The position numbers and the translations under genes were made by a program. The notes under the pieces were generated by a model, which did no database searches, was not told the DNA's origin, and saw only the letters and a program-made list of their open reading frames with translations. From Dicyema japonicum (Eukaryota > Animalia > Dicyemida), in the NCBI GenBank assembly GCA_011109175.1, contig RDEW01000004.1:1788422-1852421 (forward strand): a stretch of 64,000 bases of DNA, read 5' to 3'. Of this stretch, positions 39,814 to 51,939 are shown piece after piece. How positions within the stretch are numbered: the first letter of the stretch is position 1; every line of letters begins with the position of its first letter.

Positions 39814-42780
39814 ATGGATCAAGCTAGACTCAAAGAATTAATACTTTTACCTGCGAGGTCATCGATGTACTCAAACGGGTAGAGACTGACATTTCGCTAG
39901 AAGGAAGAATCGTAAAACACAGATTGGCGTTCTTTGGGCATGTTGTCCGCTCTGATTCACTGGAAAGAACCATTATGCTGAGCAATATTACTGGGAAGAG
40001 AAGACCTGGCCGACCGAGGACTCGGTGGCTATCCACGGTGGAAGACATCACGGGAATGCCTATATCAAGGCTACTCCAAATTGCAACGGATCGGGGAGAG
40101 TGGAGGAAACTCGTTCATGAGATCTCCAAGGGTCGGACACGACTTAATTGGACAACATAACATAACCTGCGAGGTCAAAAGAGCTGTGCGAGTCTTGCGG
40201 ATATCGAGGAAATACGGTTTGAATTGTACATCTTGCAGGAGATATTTCCACCTCGGGTGTGTCCGAATGTCGAAATTGGCTGTGAGATCTCTTTACAAAT
40301 GGGACTGTGCAGACTGTATGGATTCCGACTCCGCTCGGTGCAGCCATCCGACTGAATTCAGTAATCCCTCTTACTTTTATTTTGGACAAATCGAACCATT
40401 TTTGTTACGCCTATCGGAGAGTCGGAAAGGTAGACTGATTCCACTGAGAATACCAAAGGCCGCTCGAATTCCCACCGCTGAATACCTCACGTCATTAATT
40501 GATAAAGCCATAAGCACTAGCGACTAGGCCTCTTGGATGCGTCTACTGAATTTTGCACCTATGACCATTGGAATTTTTGCCTCAGAGAAAGCTCGCAACG
40601 GATCACTGGCCTCAAAAATCAAGAAGAATACTTCTAAAGGACTTAACCTCTGAAGCTACTGCTGAAGCCGGCCGTGCCCTGTTAACGTTTATCACCTTGC
40701 TGCTCACTCGAATAGTTAATGGTGATATTCCAAAATTTGCTAGAGATCTTCATTTTTGTGGATGTCTATTGGCATTCCGAAAAGGAGCTGGAGATGTCCG
40801 CCCAATTGCGATTGGTACATACTTTCGAAAGCTTCTGCTAAAATCGCTGCCCGGAGAGTCTCCCACAATGTCGCTGAAGAGCTGTTTACGATTCAACTTG
40901 GGGTGGGAGTGACCTGCGGTTGCGAGGCAGCAGTACACGCCGCGAGGAGTTACTTCAACAATAAATTAGAAATTATTAAGTTCTTCAACACGCTGAGGAG
41001 ACTGTAATTTGGAAACCTGTTGGAAGAGAGCTCCAGAGATTGGCCGATTTGTACACTTATCGTATGGGACGGACTCAGCCTTAGTTTACGGAAGCGATAT
41101 CGTTTATTTACGCACAGGCGTTCAGCAGGGAGACCCTCTAGGGCCTTTGCTTTTTGCAATGATAATTGACACAATGACACGAAGCATAAACTGTGAACTC
41201 AACCTGTTGTACTTGGACGACGCCACAATAGCTGACCCATGGGAGAACGTATATCATGATATTTCTTCAACCATTCCAGCTCTAAACGAATTGGGTTTAA
41301 GTGCCAACGTTATGAAATCGGAACTGATCAATATTTCTTGCTCATCTCCAAATTTTTCTACTGCCTGCCAGAATTCAGATCCCTACTTCCAGGTTTCAGC
41401 ATATCTTCCTTGGACAAGGTACACTTCTTGGGTACCCTCTCGGAAACGACGAGCTAGTAAAATGCCTTACCAGTAAGAATAATGAAGTTGAAGCTTTTAC
41501 AATGAGAGTATCATCTTTGGATCCACATGTGTCTTTCTTGCTCAAAAAATCTATTTCCGTGTCGAAGATGATGTACATTTTGAGATGTTCACCATGTTTT
41601 GAACACCGGAATGCACTATTGTCGGCTGATGGGACTCTGAGACGATCGGAGGAGTCAATACAGAATGTCAAATTCGATGATCTGGGTTGGACTATGTGCA
41701 AACAACCTGCGAGAAATGGGGGCATTGGGTTGAGATCCCCCTTGAAGCCGCCCTGCCTGCCTACTTTTCATCCCTTGCTAGCTGCAGTCGCTTGGCCCAA
41801 GCAGTCCTACGTAACGCAACCGGACATACCTTGAACTTGGAGCTTGACAGAGTTTGCAAGTTGTGGGGTGAGTTGGACTTGGAATTCCCGTCGAACTTAG
41901 CTTGCCAGAAGAGTTGGGAGTCAATGCATGTATGAGCACTCTGGAGGCCGCGAAGAAAAGCGCCAACCAACACCGACTAGCAAGCATTAAGTCGGCCACA
42001 CATCGCGGAAATGGGTCTGGCTCGAGGCCTACCTTGCCCACATCTGGGGACCCTCCTTGACGAAAACAGCTTGAGGATCGGGGTGGCATTGCGCCTAGGA
42101 CTGGATATATGCCCGAGACACAAATGCCGTTGCGGCGGGGACGTTGATATGAAAGGATTACATCCACTCTCTTGCCGACGGAGTGCTGGTCGAGACCCGC
42201 GCCACGCAACCATTAATTACATCATTTTTCGAGCCCTCAAGGCTGTGGGATTTCCGGCCCAATTGGAACCATTGGGCTTAGACAGAGGCGACAGGAAGAA
42301 GCCGGATGGAATGACGTTATTCCCATACTCCCACAGAAAATCACTCGTCTGGGACGTAGCGAGTGTGGACACTTTCTCAGGAGCCAGATTGCTGACGGCG
42401 ACGCACTCTCCTGGAGACGCAGCCGACCAGGCTGAGGTCAAAAAGATCAATAAGTACGAATCCCTCGGAGACCATTACTATTTCGCCCCCATCGCTGTGG
42501 AGACGCATTCTCCTGGAGACGCAGCCGACCAGGCTGAGGTCAAGAAGATCAATAAGTACGAATCCCTCGGAGACCATTACTATTTCGCCCCCATTGCTGT
42601 GGAGACAACTGGAACTGTAGGCGCGAAGACGGAGGCCTTTCTCCACAAAATTGGAAGCAAACTTGCCTCAAAAAGGTGCGAGCCACGGGAAGGACTCTGG
42701 TTGAGGCAGAGGCTCAAAATGGCGATTATCAGAGGTAACGCCTTCGCCATTATTGCCTAATTTTCATTATTTAAAAGAAT
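39814..42780 (+). mobile_element. Near-full-length CRE-clade non-LTR retrotransposon (PHD finger, RT, CCHC, restriction-like endonuclease), frameshifted
   Basis: CESC..CTSC..HLGC..CADC PHD; IPKAARI; GDVRPIAIG; GVQQGDPLGPLLF and LYLDDATI (RT); HKCRCGG..HPLSC; KKPDGMTL..WDV (RLE); WLRQRL..IIRGNA. Confidence 0.9.
39862..40164 (+). mobile_element. 5'-truncated RTE (BovB-like) LINE nested in the CRE element
   Basis: FFGHVVRSDSLERTIML..GKRRPGRPRTRW..DRGEWRKLV..GRTRLN; caacataacata tail; 13-bp TSD acctgcgaggtca at 39849-39861 and 40165-40177. Confidence 0.9.
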
Positions 42781-45100
42781 TAAATTAACTATGTGATCCC
42801 AGACCGACAAGGGAGAGGACGAGTCCGCCGGGGTCGAGAATCCTGAACACCTTTTCTTATCGGAAATGGCATCGGCTCAAAATTTCTGTATGATCGTAGA
42901 TGTTTTGATAGTGCATTGAATAGAGGGCAGCTCAGTTAACTTTCTGCAAATATTTAGGATCTATATGACCGACTAACTCCGAATTCGACTAACTCCAAAG
43001 ACTTTCCCCATGATGATCTACCAGGAATGAGATCTTAAGAGTGTGTGGGGTTTCAGAATTTGTAAAAAGTGCTCACATAGTTACAATTAAACCAAACGGT
43101 ACCTCCAGGTAGAAGTATTTTTACATTTCGTTAATGAAATGACAAAAAGATTCACACCTTTTTCCTTATCCAATGACTAAAGAGCTGACTGTTTGTAACT
43201 CTCCCACTCTTCTTCAAATCTGGAGATATTGAAGAAAATCCGAATCCATCCACTTTTGTGCTAAGTTTAAAACAGTAGAGCATCGCGGATGTCTATTTGA
43301 TAAAGTTTCTCATTAGAACTGATAAGCGTTCCCAAGCGTGAACAATTTTATTATTATTATTGAACAAGAAAACCACCGTCATATCCAAAATAAACAAAAT
43401 TAAGGTGATCCCAGCCTCCCTCAACAGTCTTCAATTTCTCATCTGTGAACAATTTCATCACCCTTCTTTGAAGAAAAGCAGGAAAACGCTACCGCGGTTT
43501 AGCTTTAATTCCTGTGAGACGAAAGTTATAAAGGAGAGGCAACCATGTAGGTAGCAAACATGAAGTTGTACAGTATAAATATGCAGTAATATGCAGTAAT
43601 ACATGAAGTTGTACAGTCTAAATATGCAGCGTTTAAGAAATGCTGTTGAAAATGTAAACAAATTTCTATAATAAATTTTGAAAATAAAAAATGATTATTT
43701 TTAAAATTACTTAAACTTTCAAATGTATCAATTCTTCTTACCTCAAGGTTAAAAACACGTTCCTCGAATTACCACTTTCAAATGAACTTTAAGCGGCCAA
43801 TTCTTTGGTATTTCACACGCTCATTTAGTAGAACTCCTCCACTCCCATATATTTTCTTTCTTTGGCAGCTACCGCATGTTTCTTCTGAAAAAGGTACTTC
43901 ATTTGATCGAATCAAGAATTAACTGGTAAAACACATGTCAGAAAGTCTGACGGAATTTGAAATTCAGTCGACTGAGTCATATTCGTGTATTAACAAGTGA
44001 CTACATATGTGAGATTAAGTCACCCTCAGTGATAGTTCCATAATGGCTGAATTTGTCTACAATGGCATTCCATTGACACCGACTGAGGAGTTAAGGATCC
44101 TAAAGGCTATATTATTGATGTCCTCGATTCCTCTCATTGTATTCCTTAATGAGCAGCTGTGGGCGTGTTTTTCAGTGCTTTCGATTTTCGATGAATGTGA
44201 TAATATAGTCAATTTACTGGAGAATATGATAAACGTCGTTGGGTAAGACTGTGTGATGTTCTCAATCCTCACTGATGTCTGTGTAAGGCTGAGTTTTATG
44301 GGGGATGTACTAGTTGGACGAAAAGGACTATTAACTGTCAGTTTTGATGAATTTGGGGAGGTTAGTGCACGTGGTTGTAAGGGGAAGATTTCCGCTAAGT
44401 AAATTCAGTAATTTTGATTGTTTCGTTGGTAATAATAATAATCGACATTATACCCTCAAACTGTCGACTCGTTAATATCGGAAATGATGAATGCTGATGC
44501 AATGGAGAGTACCTTATACTTATACAGGGAAAAGTTGATGCTGTTAAACCGACTCAACTTGGAATTCATGACTGATGCAGGAGACTGGGTTCTGCAGGTT
44601 GGACGGTTTATGTATTGTGGGGTATATCTGAGATGTTTATCATGAGTTTTGACCTGGTAGTTTGGAGGAAAGAATTTTTAACATCATTTCAGGCAGTTTT
44701 CTCGGTTTTTAGGAAAGAATACTTCATGCAAGTCGTGAATTCGGTGTAACATGAAATGTCCACTTACAGAGGTTAATGCAAAGAATTGAATGATGTGGAA
44801 GTCTGTGGTTTTTAAATCGTATTGTTAAGAAAGCACGTGTTTCTCTCATACTTCACTCAATATTCTCTCCCTTTATCACCTCAGCTATGTTAACTCGTCG
44901 AATATGGATGGGAAAATTCTCGAGAAATATTCTAATGAATTTATATTTCACTCTAACAAATCTGATGTTTATCCCTCCCAGACCCCGGAGACCATCACCG
45001 AGGAACTCATTCAGTCTCCTGTAGAGTATGAACGTGAATATTCTCGAACTACAGTTTCCCTATTCATTAAAGGTAGATTTTTGATTTATAAGGATATTCT

Positions 45101-45401
45101 GGCATAGTGGTTAGGTGTCGGGCTAAAGTGGCTTAGGTTACGGGTTCGATTCTCGCTGCTGTTCACCTGGTGGAAGGTTCCACGCATATACGATGCTAAA
45201 AAGGATTGACGAGTGACGCGTCATCAGTGGACTCTCACTGCGGAACATGATTGTCTAGAAAGGACCTACACACAAGAAAGAAAAAAGAAGTGAATATCTA
45301 CGATTAGTTAAAATTAACTGTTCTTTACTTAAATAAAGTGTGTGTCCTGCCTATGCTGAGCTATAAATATTATGGCTCTCGTGAAAAGGCTTTATTATTA
45401 T
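45101..45401 (+). mobile_element. Full-length tRNA-derived SINE with 12-bp TSD
   Basis: A-box-like ggcatagtggttagg, B-box gggttcgattc (45142-45152), (TTA)n tail, TSD taaggatattct at 45089-45100 and 45402-45413. Confidence 0.85.
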
Positions 45402-48400
45402 TAAGGATATTCTCAAAAAACAGAATTCCCTACAACGAAAATTGTGTACATTTCAAGGTTGTGATCAGTCTGATTATAGCTGTTGTCTCACTCTGTAGGG
45501 ACGTTAGAAAGTCGGCCTTGGCTTCTCTATTCTAGTACTCTCTCCCAATGTTAGATAAGTAAATGAGTTTTGTTGGAATATCTGACTGACGACAAGACCA
45601 ATATTTTTGAGATTACGGATTTGATGACCACGTTGAATATTCCCTTGAAGACCAGAGTTGTGTTGTCCTGGTTATTACCTGGTAGTCGCTGATGTTTACG
45701 ATAGAATTATTTTGGGGAGACTTCAGACTCCAAAGTCAGTTGGAAAGTACAAAAATTGACCATCTGCTATATTTGAATCCTTGTTGACATGCTCGGTCCT
45801 CGAAGAATGGAAACTGGTGACTATCAAAAATCCCATTTCCTCTCAGAAATACATCTGTTGTTTTTGGCTCATCCAAGTTCTTTCGAGTAACTCTCCTCTT
45901 ACGTGGAGACTCACAGAGCAAATACAGAAAGTAATGCCTTCGAAAAGACTCACCAGTTTCACGGAAATTGGTGAGAATGCCAGCCTCCTCCACGTCTATT
46001 ACATTAAGAATATTATTAAACTCCGATAGGTGTTGACAAGTGGGAATATTAGTGTATGTGTGATTGTTATTGTAGTACACTACATTGTTAGGAAGGATTA
46101 GGGGGTTCTCTGTTCATTGGTTATATTGAGACTATGTAGATTAATACGATGGGGTACTGACTGACTCCCTTTTGCGACTAGTGATGTGCTTGAGTGATAA
46201 GAAATAGCTATATTGGCTTATTGAGCTGTAGAGTTGTGTTAATCACAGTGCTCTTTGTAATTATGTCCCATATCAACTCCCGCTTGAAAGTCGATCGGAA
46301 ATGTGCTCACGTGGTAAGAAATTGTTGATAATGTACTCCAACGGTAAGATATGGGGTTCATGGTAAATGAGACTATTGTGAGGACCATATTTGTGAGATT
46401 ATGGATTACATTCACTCCTCCCTGGAATCCTTGGATCAGATTAGTGATGTTTGTAAGCATGAATTGCCTCTACCGAAAAGGTTGGATAATTGGACTCGTT
46501 ACAATTCCAGATCCGTCAGCCATGTTTGTGGAGCTGATTTTTACTATGTTGGTCACTGCACGTACTTTTCGAATTCCATATTAAATTTGGTGTTAGGTTG
46601 GTTCCTAAAGTGGATGATTACTCCAATATTGTGTGGTAGTGATATTTAGTCTATTATACCCAATTTGCAAGACTTTCTCCACTATTGATGCCTTTGGTGG
46701 TACAACTTTGGTCGAAATTACTCGAGTATTGATCTGGCGGTATTTTATGCATTATTTGTTGATGTGGGGAAGCTGAACTGTTGCATTAGATAATAGAAAA
46801 TGTATGTCCTGAGACTTTAGATTAGCACTCCGTCACAGCAAAGCATAAATGACCGCAATTGTGATTCGACTGACGGCTTTTAGAAAGTTGTCCACATAGA
46901 CTGGGATTACTTGGTATCTTTTACAACACAGCTGCAATTATTTAGTATAAAAGGTAGACTTTGGTCCTCAAATTGTTAGTTTGAAGACAGAGCTGTCAGA
47001 ATTCAGGCTTATTCTGAGGTAGATTTTTGACGGTTCTGAATGAGGTAAGGGTACCATCTGAGTATCTCGTTTTTTTCTCCCCCTCTATGAGTACTTCTTC
47101 GTTGTTAATAGAAGTTTCAATAAAATGAGACTGAATTATACGACACTGGCTGCATACAAGACTGGACATTTTCTGCCATTGAGGCGGTCTGTAGAGAACT
47201 CACGTTAGAGAAGTGGAATTGTGAGTTTGAGTGTTACCTTGACATGATCTCTTCTGATACTATGACTGATGGACAGGACTGTAAAGTTGGAGGTTGTTGT
47301 CATAGTAGGTCTATTGGAGTCGTAATGGATTCGTTTCACTTTGAATAAATATAATTGATGATTTGCGAACGTACACTCCTTCCAATGTTGTTTTGGACAG
47401 GGAAGACGAGGGTGACCAAGAATTGTTCTTCGATAGGTAAGCCATGATTAGAAGAGGTGACAGGCCTGTTATGGTGAGCCCTAAGTAATCGAGTTTAATC
47501 TACAAGACATTAATGTCATATTTGAAGATTATGTACTATCTGATTAACAAAGTACCCCTTCCTGTCATTTCTAGCCAAGAGTCACCAAAAGAGCAATTCA
47601 TAAGTCCAGTGAGGTCGACAAACTGAGACTTCTGGATTTATCGGAATAATGCCGCTGGGTAATCCAAGTTTTGATAAAAAGTAAAGCATTCTTTAATCAT
47701 CTCGAAGTCTCCATTTATGGGGCCGATCAACTGTTTCTGGGGGCATAGGAGTAAACAAAGTTCCATGATGAAGCAATGGGCTAACTGTCAAAAATAGTAA
47801 ACTCCTGTAGTTTATTCTGTCAGGAATAATACACATCTTCTCAAATTCGCCATTCAAACATGAATTTTTCTTAGTGAATTGCAATTTCAGTTCGTTATTC
47901 TGGAGTCTCAAATGGATGAAATTGAAGTTATACAAATCATCCTAATCGGAACGTTAGTCAAGCAGTAAATATTCCCACCTTCAGAACCCACAGAAACGAT
48001 AGAGTTCTTGTTGTCTATTTCCGCAGTTTCCAGATTCATTCTGAACTCGTTAACAACTGTAGCAGAATACACGTTATAAAAGTTATTCCAGTTGAAAAAA
48101 AACGAGGATATTTTTGGGGTCCAGCCAACAGAATGAGTCCAGATTGGGAGTCGAATTCTTGTACTTGAGGTATTTCTTAAATTGATTATGTGACAAATTC
48201 ATCAGGCAGGATTGCAGAAACGAGTCAGATATGGGTTTTTCAAAAAAGCTTATAAGTCAATGTTTAAAGAATGTGTTCTCGGCCCTCTGATTCTGGAAAG
48301 TGGGGACGAAAACGTTGAGGAATCAGGAATAGTACTTGTTTGAGAGCTCATAAAAGTCCTTGCAGTTGGAAATTACGTAAAAGAAGACTTGGTTGTGCCG

Positions 48401-48668
48401 TTTTAGGATGAATTTATGTTGTCTCTGTGATTAGTCACCACATTGGATTTGTCGAAATATTATAATTTTTCTTGAACGATTAATTTCCTGGTTTTAAAAT
48501 TCCTGAATAAAAAAGCACAAAACAGTAATTTAAAACATTGCCTGCACACAAACAAGGGCAAGGATTATCCAGTCGTATAGTTCAAATAAGGGAATTGTCG
48601 ATTATTGTTGGCTAGAAATATAATTAGAAATTTTAAAATGAAATAAATGTTAGGAAATTAAAACCAAG

Positions 48669-49216
48669 TTAATTTTGTTCAATAATGAAGTTCTTATATT
48701 CTTTATCAGACAAAAGATGATTTTTCCCCACATTTGGGACCAATTTGAGTCTAAAAATCCAAACTTGTAGTAATAATTCAGATAACCATTATTATGCTCT
48801 GATTTGTCTAAAAGGGAGGGCTTGTCTATCAAATCATCGTTGATTTCAGTAACGGTTCCCTCCACTGGTGAGTAAACACTACTAGCCTCCTTTACACTCT
48901 CCACGGTGAGACAAGTCTCTATTGACCTTATTTTAGTAATAACCGTTTTTTCTGAAAAAGTTTCCAATCTTCGGCAATTCGACGTAAACAATATCCCCCA
49001 AACTTTCCTAAGCATCAATAGAGAGGAGCACGGTTCCATAGGCAGTCAATCCGACGGATCCCACGTTCTTGTCGATGTCAATCCATTCGTGAGTCTTGGT
49101 GTAAAACCGATCTAACGAAAGTTACTTACTTTACTACTAAGTAAAGCTGGAGACGAATATAGAAAACGAATATTTGAGAAATTAATAGAATGCGTTACTA
49201 TTTTGTTAAGCCTCAT
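48669..49216 (-). CDS. GCSH: Glycine cleavage system H protein, mitochondrial; 5 exons
   Basis: Exons 49216-49135 (or 49138), 49111-49032, 49007-48944, 48918-48787, 48763-48669 splice to MRLNKIV..RFYTKTHEWIDIDKNVGSVGLTAYGT|ESLGDIVYVELPKIG..|ETCLTVESVKEASSVYSPVEGTVTEIN..|VWIFRLK..EYKNFIIEQN*; lipoyl-lysine motif ESVK; Arg/Ser-rich N-terminal presequence. Confidence 0.95.
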
Positions 49217-49329
49217 TTAGAAAATTCAAATTTTTAAATAAATTAATCTTTTAATCAAATTATATTAAAATTATAGTATCGATATTTAATAAATTTATTA
49301 GACCTATTATCTGTTTACAAAAAGAAGAC

Positions 49330-50430
49330 AGAACTTTTCTAAAATTATACCTCCTGACGTGGTTTTCACAAAAGGTGGTTTGTTGACCGCAGCAAAATAC
49401 TACTCTTTAATCATTCCGAAATAATTCGGATTTTTATCAGAATTTATAGGCGACGGAATCACTGTAAAGAGGTAAGGATTTAGTATTTATTTTAGGCAAC
49501 AAAAATCTGTATGCAGACACTGTTTTGAAGTTTACTATATTTGCAGTTGTAGGCCCTGTCACTAGATTTGTAAAACTGTCAACAAAAGCTCTCATTTTCA
49601 CAGAATGTCTTCTATGAATTTTCAGGCGAGCACAATCAAATCCTGATTATTCTAAAAAATTTGACTTCAAAAAACTAAAAAGGCCTGATTAACCAAATTT
49701 CTTGCTTCGTGGAGAGTTCAGAAAATAACGGGGTATATTCATTTTTAGAAAAGCTTTCATTCATAAAAATCTCTGAAGATGACTGGAACAAAAAACAGCT
49801 TTTAGTATTCTCCGTAAAAGTAAAGGGTGAAGTAAAGTATATATAAACTATAGTTTTATCCGTGCTGCGGTTCTACCATTTTTTGTCCAATGCATCCTCT
49901 CTCAAGTCGTCAAGTTGTTTTCCACATTTAGTATCCGAGGAAGCGAGACTCGTGGGGGTTATCAGAAATGTGGCTCACTCTCAGTTAAAAATCTTTCCAT
50001 CGTATGTCTGAAAATGTATCCATTCCATTCTTATTTCTAAGCCAGTCTCAGTCGAAACGTCATGGGTCATTGGAAAAAGGTCACTAACCCCGCTGAACTG
50101 CATCGGATTGCTTATCACGAGATAAGTGGAAATAATAAGCAAGAGGAGGATTGGCTTATTGATCACATTTCCGTACAAATCGAGAAGGGGAAATGAATTT
50201 TCATTTGGACTGCAGCCACCTATGATTTCCTATTTTTTTAAATTCTTATACGAATATCCAAGACTCAAAGGGTTTCCATAAAAAATGAACGAATATTACA
50301 CCACCGGAGAGATCAGCATACTTCCAGCTGTAAATTTCACGATTTTCTTTACCGGGCATAGTTGTCCCTAGGTTTTAATGATTTTTTATCAGTCTGTTCA
50401 AGGTTCTTGGGACGAACACTGAGAAAAGGT
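49330..50430. CDS. Probable micro-intron gene of unknown product, strand unresolved
   Basis: 22-24-nt GT-AG AT-rich intron candidates on plus (49472-49495, 49832-49853) and minus (50230-50251) strands between GC-richer open frames; no consistent full model obtained by hand. Confidence 0.35.
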
Positions 50431-50699
50431 AAGATGGTTTTTAAAGGAAACTATTGTTTTTTAATGCATATTATTTGTATTATTTCTTAAGAGTATCTCG
50501 TATTATAACTTTTCTTAATTTTTCAAAATATTGGTCATGTTTTACTCTTTTAGAAGGGTGATTGCTTCATTTGACAGAGTATTATTGCACATTATGGAAT
50601 ACGGCTTTTTTACTACTAGGACTTTCCATCCTCCAATATATAAATACACCTCTCAAGTTGGGAAACACTAACTTAGAGTACTTCTATATAGATATTAAC

Positions 50700-51100
50700 T
50701 TATTAATAACACAAAGAAAGATATATAAAAAATACTAAAGTTAGTAGTAATCTAATATGTCGCAATCGCTGTGAAATATAGAGCACTATACAAGATTCGT
50801 CAATGTCAAAAATAACTTTAGTATAAGACACAATTCCTCCTAAGGATTTTGTCCACAATGGTTAGCGTTATGCATCTCTTTGGCAATTATCTGCGTCTCT
50901 TTGATGTTGTGTAAGACAATTACTAAATTGTGATTATGTTTGAAATCTTCGAGATAGAGCTTTCCGTCTATCAGAAAGAAGGTTTCAGCCTTTTGTTAAA
51001 GTTTATACTTCCTATCTGATGATACTTAAACGTTTTGTTATTCTAGGAAACATTTTTAGCATCTCTCTTATTATTTACGATCACTTTATTTGGCATCAAA
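50700..51100 (-). mobile_element. Gypsy/GIN-like integrase N-terminal remnant
   Basis: FLIDGKLYL..IIAKEMHNANHCGQN (integrase H-H zinc-finger half). Confidence 0.45.
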
Positions 51101-51939
51101 ACAACGAGTTGCTACTTTTTTAATTTAATCATCAAAAAGTTTCAAGTTGTATAAGAAAAATCATTCAATATCCAAAAGTTCTTCCAGAACCGAAAGAATG
51201 GGAAAGGTTCAATCCAGTTTTGAGAATCTCAATTGGAGTAGGAAAAAATATTCTTTTTCATTCCACTTTATCACTGGGAACACTTGAGACATTCTGATCA
51301 CATGCTCCCATTCTAGTAGAACATGAGAAGGATAAAATCTTCAACTAAGTAGTCACATGACACAATTCTTCGTAGTTGATAGTCCCACTTTCCCTCATTA
51401 AAATATTTAATGCCTTCTAGGAGTTATTATTAAAGGTCAGTGATATGACAATGCCCAGTGGACCTGTAGATTGAAGAGTCTTCTTAGTTTTTTCCATAGT
51501 ACATTTATTTTGATCGATTATTTTTGATGTACAGGTTTCTTGAGTGTAACTTTCTAGAAGGCTATCCAAGTAATCCCTTATAAGATCTTAAACTTATTTA
51601 CTCTCCGGATCAATTTCCCTGTGAGAACATTTAATTTTCTATTATTGATATAATTATAAAGTAGAACGGCCAATTGGCTGGTAAGCTAGTTGGTTGGCCA
51701 GATTGGTAGAAATTCGATATTCCCCGACATAAAAAAAGGCAACTAGCAATCGAATTTTTAGTTGAAACATTTTAAAAACAAAAATTGTACGATTTAATAT
51801 AGATTTAAAAAATTTTCTTGTCTTGAATTAAAGCCATCATACATCGACCCAATTATATTTTTTACTCATAAATTTTTATTTTTAAAATACAAAATCATTG
51901 TGACTTCTGATCCTGCATATTTATTAGAAGATTTGGGAT

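Noticed and set aside
43548-43630. Short tandem duplication (acatgaagttgtacagt..aatatgcag, twice); similar 19-nt repeat at 1-60
   Set aside because: Ordinary two-copy slippage duplications; not CRISPR-like because there is no array of spacers.
49655-49690. Stop-codon reassignment suggested by an in-frame TAA between two open plus-strand stretches
   Set aside because: GCSH terminates at TAA in the standard code, and the coding strand here is unresolved.
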